A stretch of 64,000 nt of DNA from Rhynchopus sp. YZ270_cl-10 (taxonomy: Eukaryota): NCBI GenBank assembly GCA_964035575.1, contig OZ037841.1, forward strand, positions 1,116,001 through 1,180,000, in the 5' to 3' direction. The position numbers and the translations under genes were made by a program. Position 1 is the stretch's first letter, and each line of letters opens with the position of its first letter. Under the pieces are notes generated by a model. That model was not told where the DNA came from and made no database searches. It saw only the letters and a program-made list of their open reading frames with translations. Below are positions 32,409-44,644 of this stretch, piece after piece.

Positions 32409-34610
32409 AATAGCCACATTTCCCTTTCGAAAAATTCTCCCCCCTTTTTTGACTTTTTTCCTTTTCCTCTTTGCTTCTAACATTGTCTTCTACTGAAAAA
32501 GGAGATTTTTTTTTTTTTTGTTGCCAGTGCCTGAACTCGTAGACATGTGACGAGGCGTTTGCACCTCCAGCTTCTCTCCGTTCCTACACGATAAACGATA
32601 GTGGCAAAGATGTGCGGTATAGTCGTCTTTCTAACTTTTCCTTGTCGTTGTTTGCAGCGTGTTAGGGGTGCCTGCGTCTAAGAAGTGTCCACGTTTTTAC
32701 TTTTATTTTTTTTTGAACAATATAACAATATAATTGTCTGGTCTAAAAGATCGAGGGCAGCACCTCGGTGAATGAACGGAACCTTTGAGACTATATCACT
32801 TTTTTTTTCATTACTTCACAGAGTTTCACATCTTGTTCATTTTCACCGTTTGAGTGCACAAATCAACGCCCAGTCTCTTCTTCTCTTGGTACACTGTCAC
32901 GAGAGGGCTTTGTATTTCAAGTCAAAACTTTTTTTTGTTTTTGACCCTGGTGACTCAGTCTGGCCTCCTGCAGTACGTTCTTCTCGGGTGGGTGAAATCT
33001 ATCATTTTTCTTTGTTTTACTGTATCAGTATGCACTGTGTACGTCTTCTGTAATGTGCATTAATAACTTCACTTTCATATAGGAACGCACATGAAATAAT
33101 TTGCATGACCCCAAGGCAGTCTGTCAAAGATTGCACCCCTCCAAAAAAAAAATACTCGATAGTACACTGTCTGGACAGCTACACTAAGCCAACAGATTTT
33201 TTAAAATTCCTATAAAGCTTGCTTTAAAGGAGAAATAGTATTACCGGTACGGTCGCCAATCATCCCTTAAATAGGTTGTGCACCCAACGAAACTACTTTA
33301 GAAAAAAAAAGTGATTCACCATCCAACCACCTGCCACCTGTCATCCTCCTGCCCTCTTCCGATGCTCGCTAGTTGTGGAGGAAACCCCACTTTATGTGTG
33401 CAACGAGAAAAATTTTTCCCCTCCCAAAAGTGTTTTTTTTTTTTTTTGAAAAATAACCTTTGCAAAAACGTTTTAGGATTCTCTCCAGACACAACCCTCC
33501 CCCACACCCTTTTTTTTGCAGTTGAGTGCAAAGGGAGTAAAATTTCCAAACATTTTCTTTTGTGCCTGCATCCGTTGAGGTGTCTGCACAAAACTACCAC
33601 CCCCCTCTCTCCCTTTTCGGAGCTTGGTAATGAAACAAAAAAGCGTGGAGCTCACACGAGAAAAAAGCGAGGTGTCTACACGTTATCAATTATTCAAAAA
33701 AAAAAAAAAAAAATGATTTCCCCCCTTGGTGTGTGTTTTGTTTATTGTGTGCGTGTAGAGACAAATTACTATTTTATAAGAAAAATGTGGGGATATCTTA
33801 GGGTGTTTGCACAAAAAAAATCAAAAAAAAGAAGAAACAAAACCAAAAAAATTGCGAAAAAAAAAAGTGTTGCGGTACGCCACACACATCCCTCTGCGTT
33901 TTGAAAATAATAAAAATGGACAAAAAAAATTGCAAAACACAGTCAAGGTATCCTAGCCCATATTTCAGGTGACAATTCTGTCAAATCCTAAATCAAGAAA
34001 AGGAAAAAAAAACCCCCCCCCTGGTGTACTGTCCAGACCAATACAGAAAAAAAAAACAACGATTTTTTTTAGCTAAAAAAAAGTTTGGTACATAACCCAC
34101 CTAGTAGTGAGTTATTATCGCAATAAAAGAAACAAAAAGTAATGATATTCCAAAATCGATTTAAGACAACAGGTGTCACTTCGTGCATCTGTACTGTGTC
34201 TTTTATCGTTTTTTTTCCCCCCCCTCCAGATTTATCAAAATCCTACAAACACAACCAAAGAACCGCTATCAAAGTGGTCTCAAGGAAAAGAGGAATACGC
34301 GAAGCAGAGCCCTCCCCCACGGCACTTCTTATTCCATTGTGCAGGTGGCAAATCATCACCTCCGCAGCATAGTCGAATGGCTCTTCTTGTGTTCCCCTCT
34401 TTCCTGCTCCTCCCCCCCCCACCCGATTGTTCGATACAAAAGAAAAAAGCTTCTACATTCTCGATTTTTTTTCTACCAAAGTGATTTTCATTGGATCCCC
34501 TTTCACACGTCCACATGATAGATGATGAAAGATGTGTGTGCAGGAGAGGCTCATTCATCTTGCACGTTTTCTTTTGATATTGCCCACACCCATAACCCAG
34601 ACAGGACATC

Positions 34611-35477
34611 ATGGAACTAACAGTACAAAGCTATGATAAAGAGTATATGATAGAGGTGGATGCGGATGACGCAATGGAGACTATTCGGCAGAAGGTGGCG
34701 TCTGCAACAGGGTTGTGCGACGACAGCTTCCACATGGGCTTCGGAGGGAACAACGAGGGAGAGGACGTCACACAGCTGAGTGCTGGGGACAAAGTGGTAT
34801 TGACGAAAACGAAGAAATACGAGGCCATAGCAGCGTTGAGTGCATTGGGTGAAACAGACCTTTCTTCAGACAGGCTGGCGAATGTTGAGGATGCTGAGGT
34901 GGCGCGTTTGCTTTTGCAGGCAGAGGTGTCGACTGCGATTCCGAATGGGTTCCTCCGATACTCAACGTTGACGAAGCTTGATCTCGGTGCTGTGCCTGTT
35001 GTGACTGAGGTGGGATGCGACTTCGTCTATAGGTGCACTGCGTTACGAGAAGTAGACCTGTCAGGGTTGACGAATGTAACAAAGATCGGACCAGGATTTC
35101 TGGCTTTCTGCACTTCGTTAACCACGCTAGACTTGGCAGGACTGCGCAGTGTCACGCAAATAGGGGATTTCTTCCTGTCTCGATGTGCGAGACTGCACAC
35201 AATCGACTTCTCGAAATTGCGGAGTGTACGCACAGTAGGGCGGGGCTTTCTGCTTGGGTGCGCGGGGTTGCGAAGGGTTGACCTCTCACCGTTGTGCAGT
35301 GCCACGGTAGGGAGGGACTATCTTCTTCATTGCAAATTGGAACCAGTCATCCCACAACAGTTTGCAGTGGCTTGGCATGCACCCTCTTGCGGCGTTGCAT
35401 CTGTACAGAGTGAAGATCCGTCTGCAGACGAACAGCAAGACGCCCACACCACGAATAGCAACGCAACGTCCCAATAG
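34611..35477 (+). CDS. Ubiquitin-like N-terminal domain plus BspA-like leucine-rich repeats
   Basis: N-terminus MELTVQ...IEVDADDAMETIRQKVA. 25-aa repeats L..vDLSgL..VT.IG..FL..C. Confidence 0.8.
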   Translation: MELTVQSYDKEYMIEVDADDAMETIRQKVASATGLCDDSFHMGFGGNNEGEDVTQLSAGDKVVLTKTKKYEAIAALSALGETDLSSDRLANVEDAEVARLLLQAEVSTAIPNGFLRYSTLTKLDLGAVPVVTEVGCDFVYRCTALREVDLSGLTNVTKIGPGFLAFCTSLTTLDLAGLRSVTQIGDFFLSRCARLHTIDFSKLRSVRTVGRGFLLGCAGLRRVDLSPLCSATVGRDYLLHCKLEPVIPQQFAVAWHAPSCGVASVQSEDPSADEQQDAHTTNSNATSQ

Positions 35478-35880
35478 CGGCGCTCTGCCCCAAACGCTGC
35501 AAAAAAACAAAAAAAAACAAAAAAACGGGGGGGGAAAAAATGGCTTTCGAAAAACCTGTTCCAAAATACACACTACGTCTCCCAGAGCACCTCTAACTTC
35601 CGGGAGACGGTCGATCTGCCATACTAAAACAGATTTTTCCAAATTTTCTCTTTTCAAACTCTCCCCTTGCTTGCCGAACCTACCCCTAGGCCTCCGAAGC
35701 CCACCGCTTTGTCCAAATAAAGCACAGTGATCCAAGCTACAACCCGCTGGTCTGGTGTCAGGGGCCCCTTCAGGGGCACGGCGATAACTCTCATTCGCTT
35801 TGTAACACCTACCCTCCCTTCCACACAACCACCAGATTTGGGGCAACATTCCCTGACGGAATTACCCAAACTCCGCACCC

Positions 35881-37287
35881 ATGCCCACCACCACCACCAC
35901 CACCGCACGCCCCAAACATGGTCGTGCTGCGGGAGAGGCTCCTATCTGGGGTGCAGATGTGCTCTGCCAGGGGCGGTCTGTAGGGCACCAACTCCGCAAA
36001 ATTGCACCAAACCTGGTTCAACGCGCTTTCGACCGTTTTGTGATAGTACCTGAGGACGATGATACGGTGTTGTTGGTGGGTGGACAAGGCAATGTGTGGT
36101 ACAACTTTTCCATGAACATCCGCACCTACCAGCTCGCACGACGCAAGACAACTGGCGTGGCCCCTGCCGTCTGCCGTGGACACAGCGCGCTTCGTTTCGA
36201 CTACACAACAGAGGCGGGACGGTGCAGTGAGGTCGTAGTCTTTGGGGGATGGGTATCGAGGTCTTCTGTGAAGTCTGCTGCGTATCCACGGCACGATGTG
36301 AATCATTTGGAGCTGGGGCGGAATGTGTGGACACATCCTCCTCGGTCACGCCATGCGGTGATGCCGGCACAACGTTCTTGCCATGCGTACGTGAAGTACA
36401 GCGACACAGAAATGCTCATCCACGGCGGTGCCGACGTCAACAACGCAGACATACAGTTCTCCGATATGTTCATCTACGACGTCCCCTCACGCACCTTCCA
36501 CGCAGTCACCATGCAGTCCAACCAAGCTGAGGTAGGAAGCTTCGCACCGCATCACGACCTCCCCGAGGCACGCCACCTCCGTGACAACACACTTCCAACC
36601 GACACACCCCTGGCCATAGCACAGCACAGCATCACACTCTACGGGGGCATGCTCTTCAGCTTCGGTGGTGTCATCCGTGAAAACGGTGCCGACAAACGTC
36701 AATCCCGTGTATGGTGCTGTCCGGTTCTCGGCAACGCCGCGGACGGCTACCACGCAGGGTATTGGCGTGAGGTTGCCCGCCCCTGCCCCTTCTGGCGTCC
36801 CTTCTCGACGCCAGCAAAGATCCGCGCACCGCGAGCAGCCTATTCGCACTGCCGCCGTGGCGATCTCGTCTATTTCTACGGTGGCGAAGGTGTTGCGAAG
36901 GGTGAAGCGTTTCCCTCCCCAAAGATGGTAGTTTTCGATTTGCATTCGCGAGAGTGGGGCGCAATGCCTTTGGGTGCGGATCCCGCTGTGGCTGGGCATA
37001 GCATGGCATTGGTAGGTGGAGGTGGAGGTGGAGGTAGTGAAATGGTCGTGATGGTGTCGCCACCGCACTTCGGTGCCTGGGTGCAAGAGGCGGATGCGCT
37101 GTTAGGCCCGGCAGGGATGTGCTCAGATGCCAACTTCTGCCACTTCCCAAAATCACAGCGCGCAGCAGCAAGGCTGCTGCTGCTGCAAGAGAACCGCAAA
37201 GGTGCCGGAGAGCGTGTTTTGACACCAGACCTCGCGAGGATGGTGCTGAGGTTTTTTATGTGTGCATTTCCTCAGAGAAGGGGTTGA
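35881..37287 (+). CDS. Kelch-repeat beta-propeller protein
   Basis: Repeated GG motifs: LLVGG, GHSA..VVVFGG, RSCHA..MLIHGG, AQHS..LFSFGG, VYFYGG, AGHSM. Confidence 0.8.
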   Translation: MPTTTTTTARPKHGRAAGEAPIWGADVLCQGRSVGHQLRKIAPNLVQRAFDRFVIVPEDDDTVLLVGGQGNVWYNFSMNIRTYQLARRKTTGVAPAVCRGHSALRFDYTTEAGRCSEVVVFGGWVSRSSVKSAAYPRHDVNHLELGRNVWTHPPRSRHAVMPAQRSCHAYVKYSDTEMLIHGGADVNNADIQFSDMFIYDVPSRTFHAVTMQSNQAEVGSFAPHHDLPEARHLRDNTLPTDTPLAIAQHSITLYGGMLFSFGGVIRENGADKRQSRVWCCPVLGNAADGYHAGYWREVARPCPFWRPFSTPAKIRAPRAAYSHCRRGDLVYFYGGEGVAKGEAFPSPKMVVFDLHSREWGAMPLGADPAVAGHSMALVGGGGGGGSEMVVMVSPPHFGAWVQEADALLGPAGMCSDANFCHFPKSQRAAARLLLLQENRKGAGERVLTPDLARMVLRFFMCAFPQRRG

Positions 37288-38039
37288 GTGTTTTCTTTTT
37301 TGTGACTGAGAGGTGTAGTTGTGGTGGTTCCTTAGAGTAGGACATTGTCTATGTGTTTGATAACTAATAGGGGTAATTCTTGCGCAGAATAAGGCCCCGC
37401 CATGTGTGCGTTTCAAACATTTTGTTTTATTATTACAAATTTGCGAAGAGATAAACTAAGTTTTCAAAACCGAAGCTTCTCCGAACGATGGTGGAAAAGA
37501 TGTGTGCACGAGATGCACATTATTTTTTCTTTTTCTTTTTCTTTTTCTTTTTCTTTTTCTTTTTCGAGATTTTCTTTTTGACGTATCAAAGTTAAACCAG
37601 GGGGGTTTTTTTCTTTAGAACCTTCGATTCTCGCAACAGAGAGACATATGTACCCAACAACACTTTTCTAACCCTATGGGTAACGTGCTATTGTGAAAGA
37701 AGGAAGGACGGACAGGAGTAGTCTCCAAGGTCACCAAAGCTTTTGCACACGACCTCATGGCACCACTTAAACTTTTTCGCCTCCATTATTTTGTTAACTG
37801 AACAAAATGCGAGGCTTTCATCTTTTCCGTTCTATTTTTTTTTCTTTCCCCCCTCCTCCCCCTTTTTTGGAATTTTTGGAATTTTCCTCATTGAGAAACC
37901 CCCCCCTCCTTTCCTCTTTTCTGAGTACACCTCATCCCAATACTGGAGGTGCATCTAATTATCCGGTCTAAAACCTGAATTCTTCTTTTGCTAATCAATT
38001 TAAAAAACACCTCAGGGGCAGAGGGACACCCCAATACAA

Positions 38040-38909
38040 ATGACGTCTTTTAATTTGCAGCAAAAGAAGAAGGGTGTTGTGTTGATTAGTCTTTTGGTTT
38101 GTGTGTATTGGGGGCTGCACTGGAGTGGGAAGAACGTGCCTGCAGAACGTGCCACGAAGCTGACCTCCACCACCACCACCCCTATTGCCACCACAGACGT
38201 GCCCGCTGCCTTGGAGAAGCTTGCTGTGGAGCAACACGAAGATGCGAGCATGGAGACCAACAAAGAGATGGAAGCCTCTACAGAAGCTGAGGTAGACGCA
38301 GCACCGCAAACCATAGAGTTAGAAGTTGACTTCGAAGGCACGGTCTCAATGATAAAGATTCTTATGGACCCGGAGGCGGCGCCGAACACAGTAAAGAACT
38401 TTGTGGACCTGACCAAGGTAGGGTTCTTCACAGGGAGTACCTTCTACAGGGCAGAGCCAGGCTTCGTCATCCAAGGTGGTGGGCGTACAAAGGAGGGCAG
38501 ACATAAGCCGCAGCCATTTCAAAGAATAAACCTTGAGGCAAAGAAGCGGAACCTCAGAGGGACAATCTCGATGGCAAGAACGGTATGGATAAATGAAAAA
38601 TTATTTACTTTGGGTCTTATAAGCTCTCTCTGGACCATCACCCAGTTGTTATAGGCAGAGTTCACCACTTTTACAACACACACTATATTACAGGCAGACC
38701 CCAACAGCGCGACATCTGAGTTCTTCATTAACTTAAACGACAACACCAACCTCGACCCCAAAGGCCCAGGGACAGGCTACGCCGTGTTCGGCCACGTCAC
38801 CGAAGGCATGGACACCGTCGACAAAATCGCCAAGGCAAAGACCCACAGTGAAGGCGGCCTTCGCATGATCGACAAGCTGGTTGAGATACAGTCTGCTCGG
38901 GTGGTGTGA
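38040..38909 (+). CDS. Cyclophilin-type peptidyl-prolyl isomerase with N-terminal membrane anchor; exons 38040-38582 and 38694-38909
   Basis: APNTVKNF, FYRAEPGFVIQGGG, RGTISMART. Splicing GTATGG...TTACAG (111 nt, phase 0) restores ADPNSATSEFFINL...GYAVFGHVTEGMDTVDKIA. Confidence 0.9.
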
Positions 38910-39957
38910 AGCACAAAAAAGAACGGGGCTGGGGGTGAACAGAGGTGACAGGGAGGAGGGGATGAAAGACAAAGCGTGTCTTTTTTTGACGTGAATGTGT
39001 CAAGATTAAATGTATTGAATGTCCTATGTTTCCCGCCCAGAGGTGGGTTCTTGGACAAAGTGTTTATAAAGGAAGAAAAGAAAAAGAAAAGAAACAAAAA
39101 AAGACCGTTAGCAAACGGAAACCACAAAGCGTCATTTACTTCACCGTCGTGTGATAACAAAGCGGAAAAAAAACGAAAAGAACGAAAAAAAATGACAAAC
39201 GTGAATTTAGGTTAGCACACAGCATCGCTGCTGCGACCTGGGGGAGTTAGCAATGTACTGTCCCCCACCCCCCTTTCCCCCTCCCCTACTCCTAAAAACG
39301 AGATAACAAAAAAACTCACACAAAGATACACGATGTCATTGCACATTTACCCTGGCCTTATGTCCACAGACGGCCATTTGGGGGTTACACTGACGAAAGG
39401 CTGTGTAATAGAACACTCTCACTCAATAGTCCCGACTGTTTGTTCATGAGGACAGAAAGACACACTTCATCTTTCAATCACTTCTTCATGGTGCATCTCA
39501 GTTGCGCACCGTTGGGTGAGGGAGCATGCACACCTGCCCTTTGTTATTGTATTTCGAGTCAACTCTTTTTTGAAAAAAAAACACAACCAAGGTTTTATGC
39601 AGGATTCGGGGTTTTTTTGGGAAATGAGGACAACAAAAAAAACTTTTAAAACAGACAGGTTGATTTGTTGTGTAGCTCCCCTGTATTAAACCCTGCCACA
39701 ACCACAACTCTCTCATTGCCGTCTTGGTTAGGTGGGAACGGCGAAGCTGAGAGACCAAAAAAAAACTTTTTCTGTGCTAAACACTAAACACTGTTTTCCC
39801 CTCCTCTTCTTTTAACCTAAGTATGAGTTTGCACAACCCCCTAACAATACAGGGTTTTCTGCAACAGACGGCGCTGTCAAACCCACACATCATCCACCAC
39901 CTCTCAGACACACCCCCACACCCCCCCTCCCTTCTCACTCTCATTTAAAAAAACACA

Positions 39958-40872
39958 ATGCGAGCAGGGTCTGCTGGGGCTGCTGCTGCGGCGAGAAATT
40001 CGAGGAATAAGAAGAAGGCACATGCTCATGCACATGCATCTGCACACCCCCAGAACACACATGCACCTTCATCACGGTCATGGGCAGAGGATGAGCAGGA
40101 AGCAGAGAGGCAGTACTACGCGCACGGCCAGCCTGCACGCATGGCGGTCAGCAAGAAGCACGCTGCACAGTGGGAGGCATGGTCGTGGCGGCGCCGTCTT
40201 ACTGCCCTTGAGGACCTCGTTGCCGCGACAGCGCTGCCCACAGCACATCAGCCGCCTCCGCCGTTGGACGACTTCGACGACATCGAGGTGGACATTGACG
40301 CCACAGAGGTGCAGATACCACACGACACAACACAAACCTCTCAAGAGCTTGACGTCACTGCAGTGCATGCGGACGTAGTCATTGAAGGAGCGGAATGCGA
40401 GCAGGAGTGTGTTGCGGTGCGCAAAGCGAATCCGTTTCGTGGGTTGGCAAAGTTTGATGTGCTGGTATGCGCTTTTGCTGCAGCGGGGGCTGCGGCGATG
40501 CTTGAACAGAACTGTCGGATAGACTCTTATTGCATTGCATCTGGGACAGTGCACGCTGTGCTTGCGGTGGTGCTGCTCACACCCATTTACTACTTTGTTC
40601 TCTTCCGTGATCCATTCTCGGAGGATCTGAACGCGCTCTGGCAGAGGAAAGGCCCCGGTATCGTGCTTCTCGTCGCAGTGCACTTCCTCCAGCTTGCTCT
40701 TCGTCTTGCCTTCCTCATTGCAGGGCTTGAGCTCAGAGCGCAAAGTGGTGGTGGAGACGTGGACGCGCCTTGCTCGAAGCTGAAGTGGTACCTCTGGATG
40801 ATCGGGGTCTTCTTGGTTGTCAGTCTTATAGGGCTTATGGGGGTGGTCCGTCGGTGTAGGCAGAAGGGGTGA
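39958..40872 (+). CDS. Hypothetical membrane protein (~4 C-terminal TM helices)
   Basis: 304-aa ATG ORF with four hydrophobic segments. Confidence 0.7.
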   Translation: MRAGSAGAAAAARNSRNKKKAHAHAHASAHPQNTHAPSSRSWAEDEQEAERQYYAHGQPARMAVSKKHAAQWEAWSWRRRLTALEDLVAATALPTAHQPPPPLDDFDDIEVDIDATEVQIPHDTTQTSQELDVTAVHADVVIEGAECEQECVAVRKANPFRGLAKFDVLVCAFAAAGAAAMLEQNCRIDSYCIASGTVHAVLAVVLLTPIYYFVLFRDPFSEDLNALWQRKGPGIVLLVAVHFLQLALRLAFLIAGLELRAQSGGGDVDAPCSKLKWYLWMIGVFLVVSLIGLMGVVRRCRQKG

Positions 40873-41988
40873 TGTGCGTGGGGTGCTTGTGATTTGAAAA
40901 AAGGGGGAGAAATATATTAGGTAAATTTGGGATTTGTATTCTAGATATTTCCCCGGTACCAAAGGGAATGAAGGAGATTTGACAGATGTAGATTTTTATC
41001 ACAAAGGGAACAACGTGTCAACGGAAGGTGTGGGACGGTTTGGTCAAAACAATATGACAAAAATCACCCCCTTTTTCTTTGTGAAAGTATAGTGGGGGTG
41101 GGGGGTATTGCAGAATAGGTGACTAAGCACGAGAATCTTAGGTTCATCTTATCAACTTTGTTTTTTGTTTTTATTTTTTGAAGTAAACCAGAACGACCGC
41201 TTTTGAGACAAGAGAATATAACCTTCTTACGTTATAATTGTTCAGATAGCTTCACCTAGACTGAGCACCTCAGTAAGGCCCACACCCTCCACCCTTCACC
41301 GATTTTCTCTTCTCTCTTTTTGTAATAGAAATGTGTTGTCGCAACGTGTGCCGTACCTTTGCTCCGTCTCAACAGGAACCCCTCTGTAAGAGGCAGCCTT
41401 CGACAGCACAAAGGACTCAAGATTCATTCTTACAAAGAATCTTTCTTTTTTCCCCAGCTACTTCCCCTATTCAAAGAAGCTTCCAGCGGCGCCCCTCCAT
41501 ATTGATTGACATGCAACAGGAGACCGTAAATTCACCCCGGTCTTACCTTATTGTGCACATACTCGAAGAGACAAATATTCTATGCTTTAACCTGCTCAAA
41601 GCAAATGTAGCGACATCCCAAACAACTGTTTTTTGTGTTAAAGAGACAACCAATCTTAAAAAAACCCCCCCAGCGTGTTCCAGCACGATAACGAGTAGTG
41701 GTAAAGATCTGTGTGCGAGAGAGACACGTTCATCTTTACAAAGTTTTCCCTTTCTTTTAGTTTGCTCCGCTCTCTCTCCCTCTCTTCCCGTTCCCCATTA
41801 TTTTTCTGCTCCCTGTGTAGACGGGGGGACAAAAGGTCTCTAACTTTGCTGTGGCAAAGGGAATATGCCCGCATACCCCTTCCTCCCCTTGATATAGAGA
41901 AAAAAAAGGGGGGAGGGGGTGTGGTAAGAGCTTTCGGTCGTTCCATTCAGCTCTACCAATTCTCACTAAAAAAAAAAATGATTAGTTT

Positions 41989-43023
41989 TGGTGCTCCTGA
42001 AATAAAAAAATACCAAGTACGCAACAACTACGCACTAACTACGCAACAAGTACGCAATATAGGGTATTCAGTGGTCGCGCTAATTATGGGAAAAAATGGG
42101 GAAAAAATGGATTTCGGGTACGGAAAAACGTTCCTTGAAAAGGTTAGCTGGGGAGGCCCGGAAACCCCGTTTTGTGGCATTTCCGGGCCAATCCCGGCTT
42201 GTGGTGGGGTATATACGGAAAAATGGACAAAATTTTAGTGACTTAAATTTTCGCAAAATATGAACCCATACTCGTAAACAAGGGTCATTTTCAGGAAAAT
42301 TCGGAAAATTCCGAGATTTGGAAGCAATTTTTCTCCTGAAAATCAGTGGGTTTTCAGCCCCAAAACATACCGCGATTGGAATTTCCGGAATCCGTCCGCG
42401 CTGTGGTGGGGTCACTTTGCCGAAATGGCCAATTTTTTGGTTTTGGTCAAAATCCATGTAGGGTAAAGAGGGCCAATGTAAATCCCACAACCAGATTTTC
42501 TCTCCCTGATCCTGACGTCTTGCAACATGAAAATGCGCGAAAACACCGGCATTTGCATTTCCGGAATTCGTCCGTTCTGTGGTGGGGTCAATTTGCCGAA
42601 ATGGACAAGTTCTTGGTTTTGGTCAATACCCGTCAGTGTAAGGTAAAGGGGGCAAGTGTTTGCCTGTAGAAACTGGAAGGGAACAGGCAGCGCCGCAGGC
42701 GCACGGTAACCAACTTTTTTTTTTTTCCTTTTCTTTTTTCTCCTCTTTCTTTTGACTTTCCGAGCCAATTGCGTTCCACGGCGGGGTCACATGTATATGC
42801 AAGTCCACTATGTGGTGGTCTTACTCAACAATATTAGAACTTCTGGTTTCTTAATGAAATCCCCGTACTGCAAAAAAAAAACGTTCCTACCAAAACCCCC
42901 AAAAATCCCGGGATGAGGGATGGACTTTAGCGCGAGCTCTGAGGGTATTCCTGTATTTTTTTTTTTTTTTTCCGTGCACAAAGTGCGCAACAAGTACGCA
43001 AAATGGGGTTTTCAGGAGCACCA
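41989..43023. mobile_element. Non-autonomous TIR element with 14-bp TIR TGGTGCTCCTGAAA and 5-bp TSD AGTTT
   Basis: AGTTT|TGGTGCTCCTGAAA ... TTTCAGGAGCACCA|AGTTT. Subterminal (A)A(G/C)TACGCA repeats at both ends and three degenerate internal repeats. Confidence 0.7.
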
Positions 43024-43086
43024 AGTTTAAGTTAGAGGGGCATTTTCTTGAGTTTTCTGAGTGACGACTGAATGATAGGCAGATTA

Positions 43087-43190
43087 CCGCATTCGTAAAA
43101 AAATTCTCGACCGTAAATATGTTCGACCTTTTCAGGATTTTTCTGGAAGTTCGACCTTTTTTTTACAGTCGATATTTTTTACGATTACGG
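43087..43190. mobile_element. 104-bp TA-flanked MITE-like element (Tc1/mariner-pogo-type ends)
   Basis: TA|CCGCATTCGTAAAAAAATTCTCGACCGTAAA ... TTTACAGTCGATATTTTTTACGATTACGG|TA; imperfect ~30-bp TIRs. Confidence 0.55.
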
Positions 43191-43200
43191 TAGTAAAAAC

Positions 43201-43713
43201 CACGGGTCAGGAAAGATCTTTTGTCTTTTTTTGTCTTTTTTCGAGAATCTCGGGAGAAAAAAAAAAAAAATCAAGATTTTCAGGATTTTTGTCATTTTTT
43301 TTCAGGATCTCTCGAGATCTTTGAGATCTTTGAAAAATCCTGAAAAAAAAAGGAAAAAAAAGGAAAAAAAGAGAAAAAAAGATGAAAAAGATCTTGAAAA
43401 TCTTTTTTTTCTCAAAAAAAAGATAAAAAAGATTTTTGGGATTTTGAAAAATCTTTTTGGGGGAAAAAAAAAAAAAGATTTTGAAAATCTTTTTTTTTTT
43501 TTTCAAAGATTTCTCAAGATCTCGAGATTTTTCATGAAATTTCATGGATTTTTCCAGGATTTTTCAGGATTTTTTCAGGATTTTCCCAGGATTTTCAAAT
43601 CTTTTCTCTTTTTTTTTTTCTCCCAAAAATCTTTTTTTTTTTTTTTTTTTCGGGAGAAGAGGATTTTTTTTCTCGAAAAAAAAAAAAAAAAAAAAGATCT
43701 TTCCCGACCCGTG
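43201..43713. mobile_element. 513-bp TIR element with CAC...GTG termini, AAAAAC flanking duplication and low-complexity AGAT(C/T)T interior
   Basis: AAAAAC|CACGGGTCAGGAAAGATCTTTT ... AAAAGATCTTTCCCGACCCGTG|AAAAAC (22-bp TIR, one mismatch). Confidence 0.72.
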
Positions 43714-43835
43714 AAAAACGACTCCGAAAAAAAAAACACCTTTGTAAGAGAGAAGCACATCAGAGAAAAATTGCTCAAGCGAAAAGTTTGCTTGATAGGC
43801 AGAGGTGAATAAGAGGAGAGCGTTCTACCCCATTG

Positions 43836-44047
43836 CAGTATTCCATAAGTTTGTCGTTCAAAAAAAGTTTCCAAATTGCCCCAAAATATTCAAAGGTGGC
43901 TAAATCGTAAGTGATTGATGAATAACCAATGTTCAAACCATTAAGTAATCTAATCAGACTAAGCGTAAGCGAACGCTTAGAGTCATCTTATAAACTTTTT
44001 CTCAAATTCGCCAAACTTATTTGGACGCCAATTTATTTGGAGTACTG
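43836..44047. mobile_element. Degenerate mariner-like MITE (CAGTA...TACTG|TA)
   Basis: Left end CAGTATTCCATAAGTTTGTCGTTCAAA aligns loosely with the reverse complement of the right end, CAGTACTCCAAATAAATTGGCGTCCAAA. Confidence 0.4.
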
Positions 44048-44644
44048 TACATCCCCTAACTTGTAGAAGTTGTCGTTCTGTTCTGTACAACAAAAAAAGC
44101 TTTCTGTTCAGGTTTAAGGTCCGTTTTTTTTTACCCATAAAAGTTTCTTTCTTTTTTTTGTGGAGGTGGTGGGTCAGAGACAGTGATGTTCAAAATAGTA
44201 TTTTAGTCTAATTTGACAGAAACAAAAGGTGACATCATCATCTGTCGAGGTGACGTTTCTCTTTAAGACAAGCTAAGCTAAGTGGAGTTTATAATCATTT
44301 TCCCAACCTTTTAAGATGCCAACCTCGAAATGGATGTAGAACTGCACGGTTGGGGCTCCACCCGGTGCACCGGTCATGTACCAAGGTCACTGTCACGAGA
44401 GCGCTTTGTTTTCAAGTCAACTTTCATTTAGCGTATCTACCCGAGGATGTGTTACACCCTTTTTTAAACCTGCGTAAGCAGAGGGTTCAATTTTTTAGTA
44501 GTGTTTTCTTTTTATTTTTGTTCAAGCCCCCTCGGTGTGTTCCTCACAACAACGCTTAACGATAGTGACAATGTGTGCGCACACGACGAGCACATGCATC
44601 TCACAGGCGTTTCCCTTTTGACTAATTCTGTTTTTCTTCCTTCT

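Noticed and set aside
41331..41843. 170-aa + strand ORF
   Set aside because: Intergenic-like composition and no recognisable motifs.
43231..43812. 193-aa K/F-rich ORF and overlapping minus-strand ORFs
   Set aside because: Translation of A/T homopolymer runs inside a TIR element.
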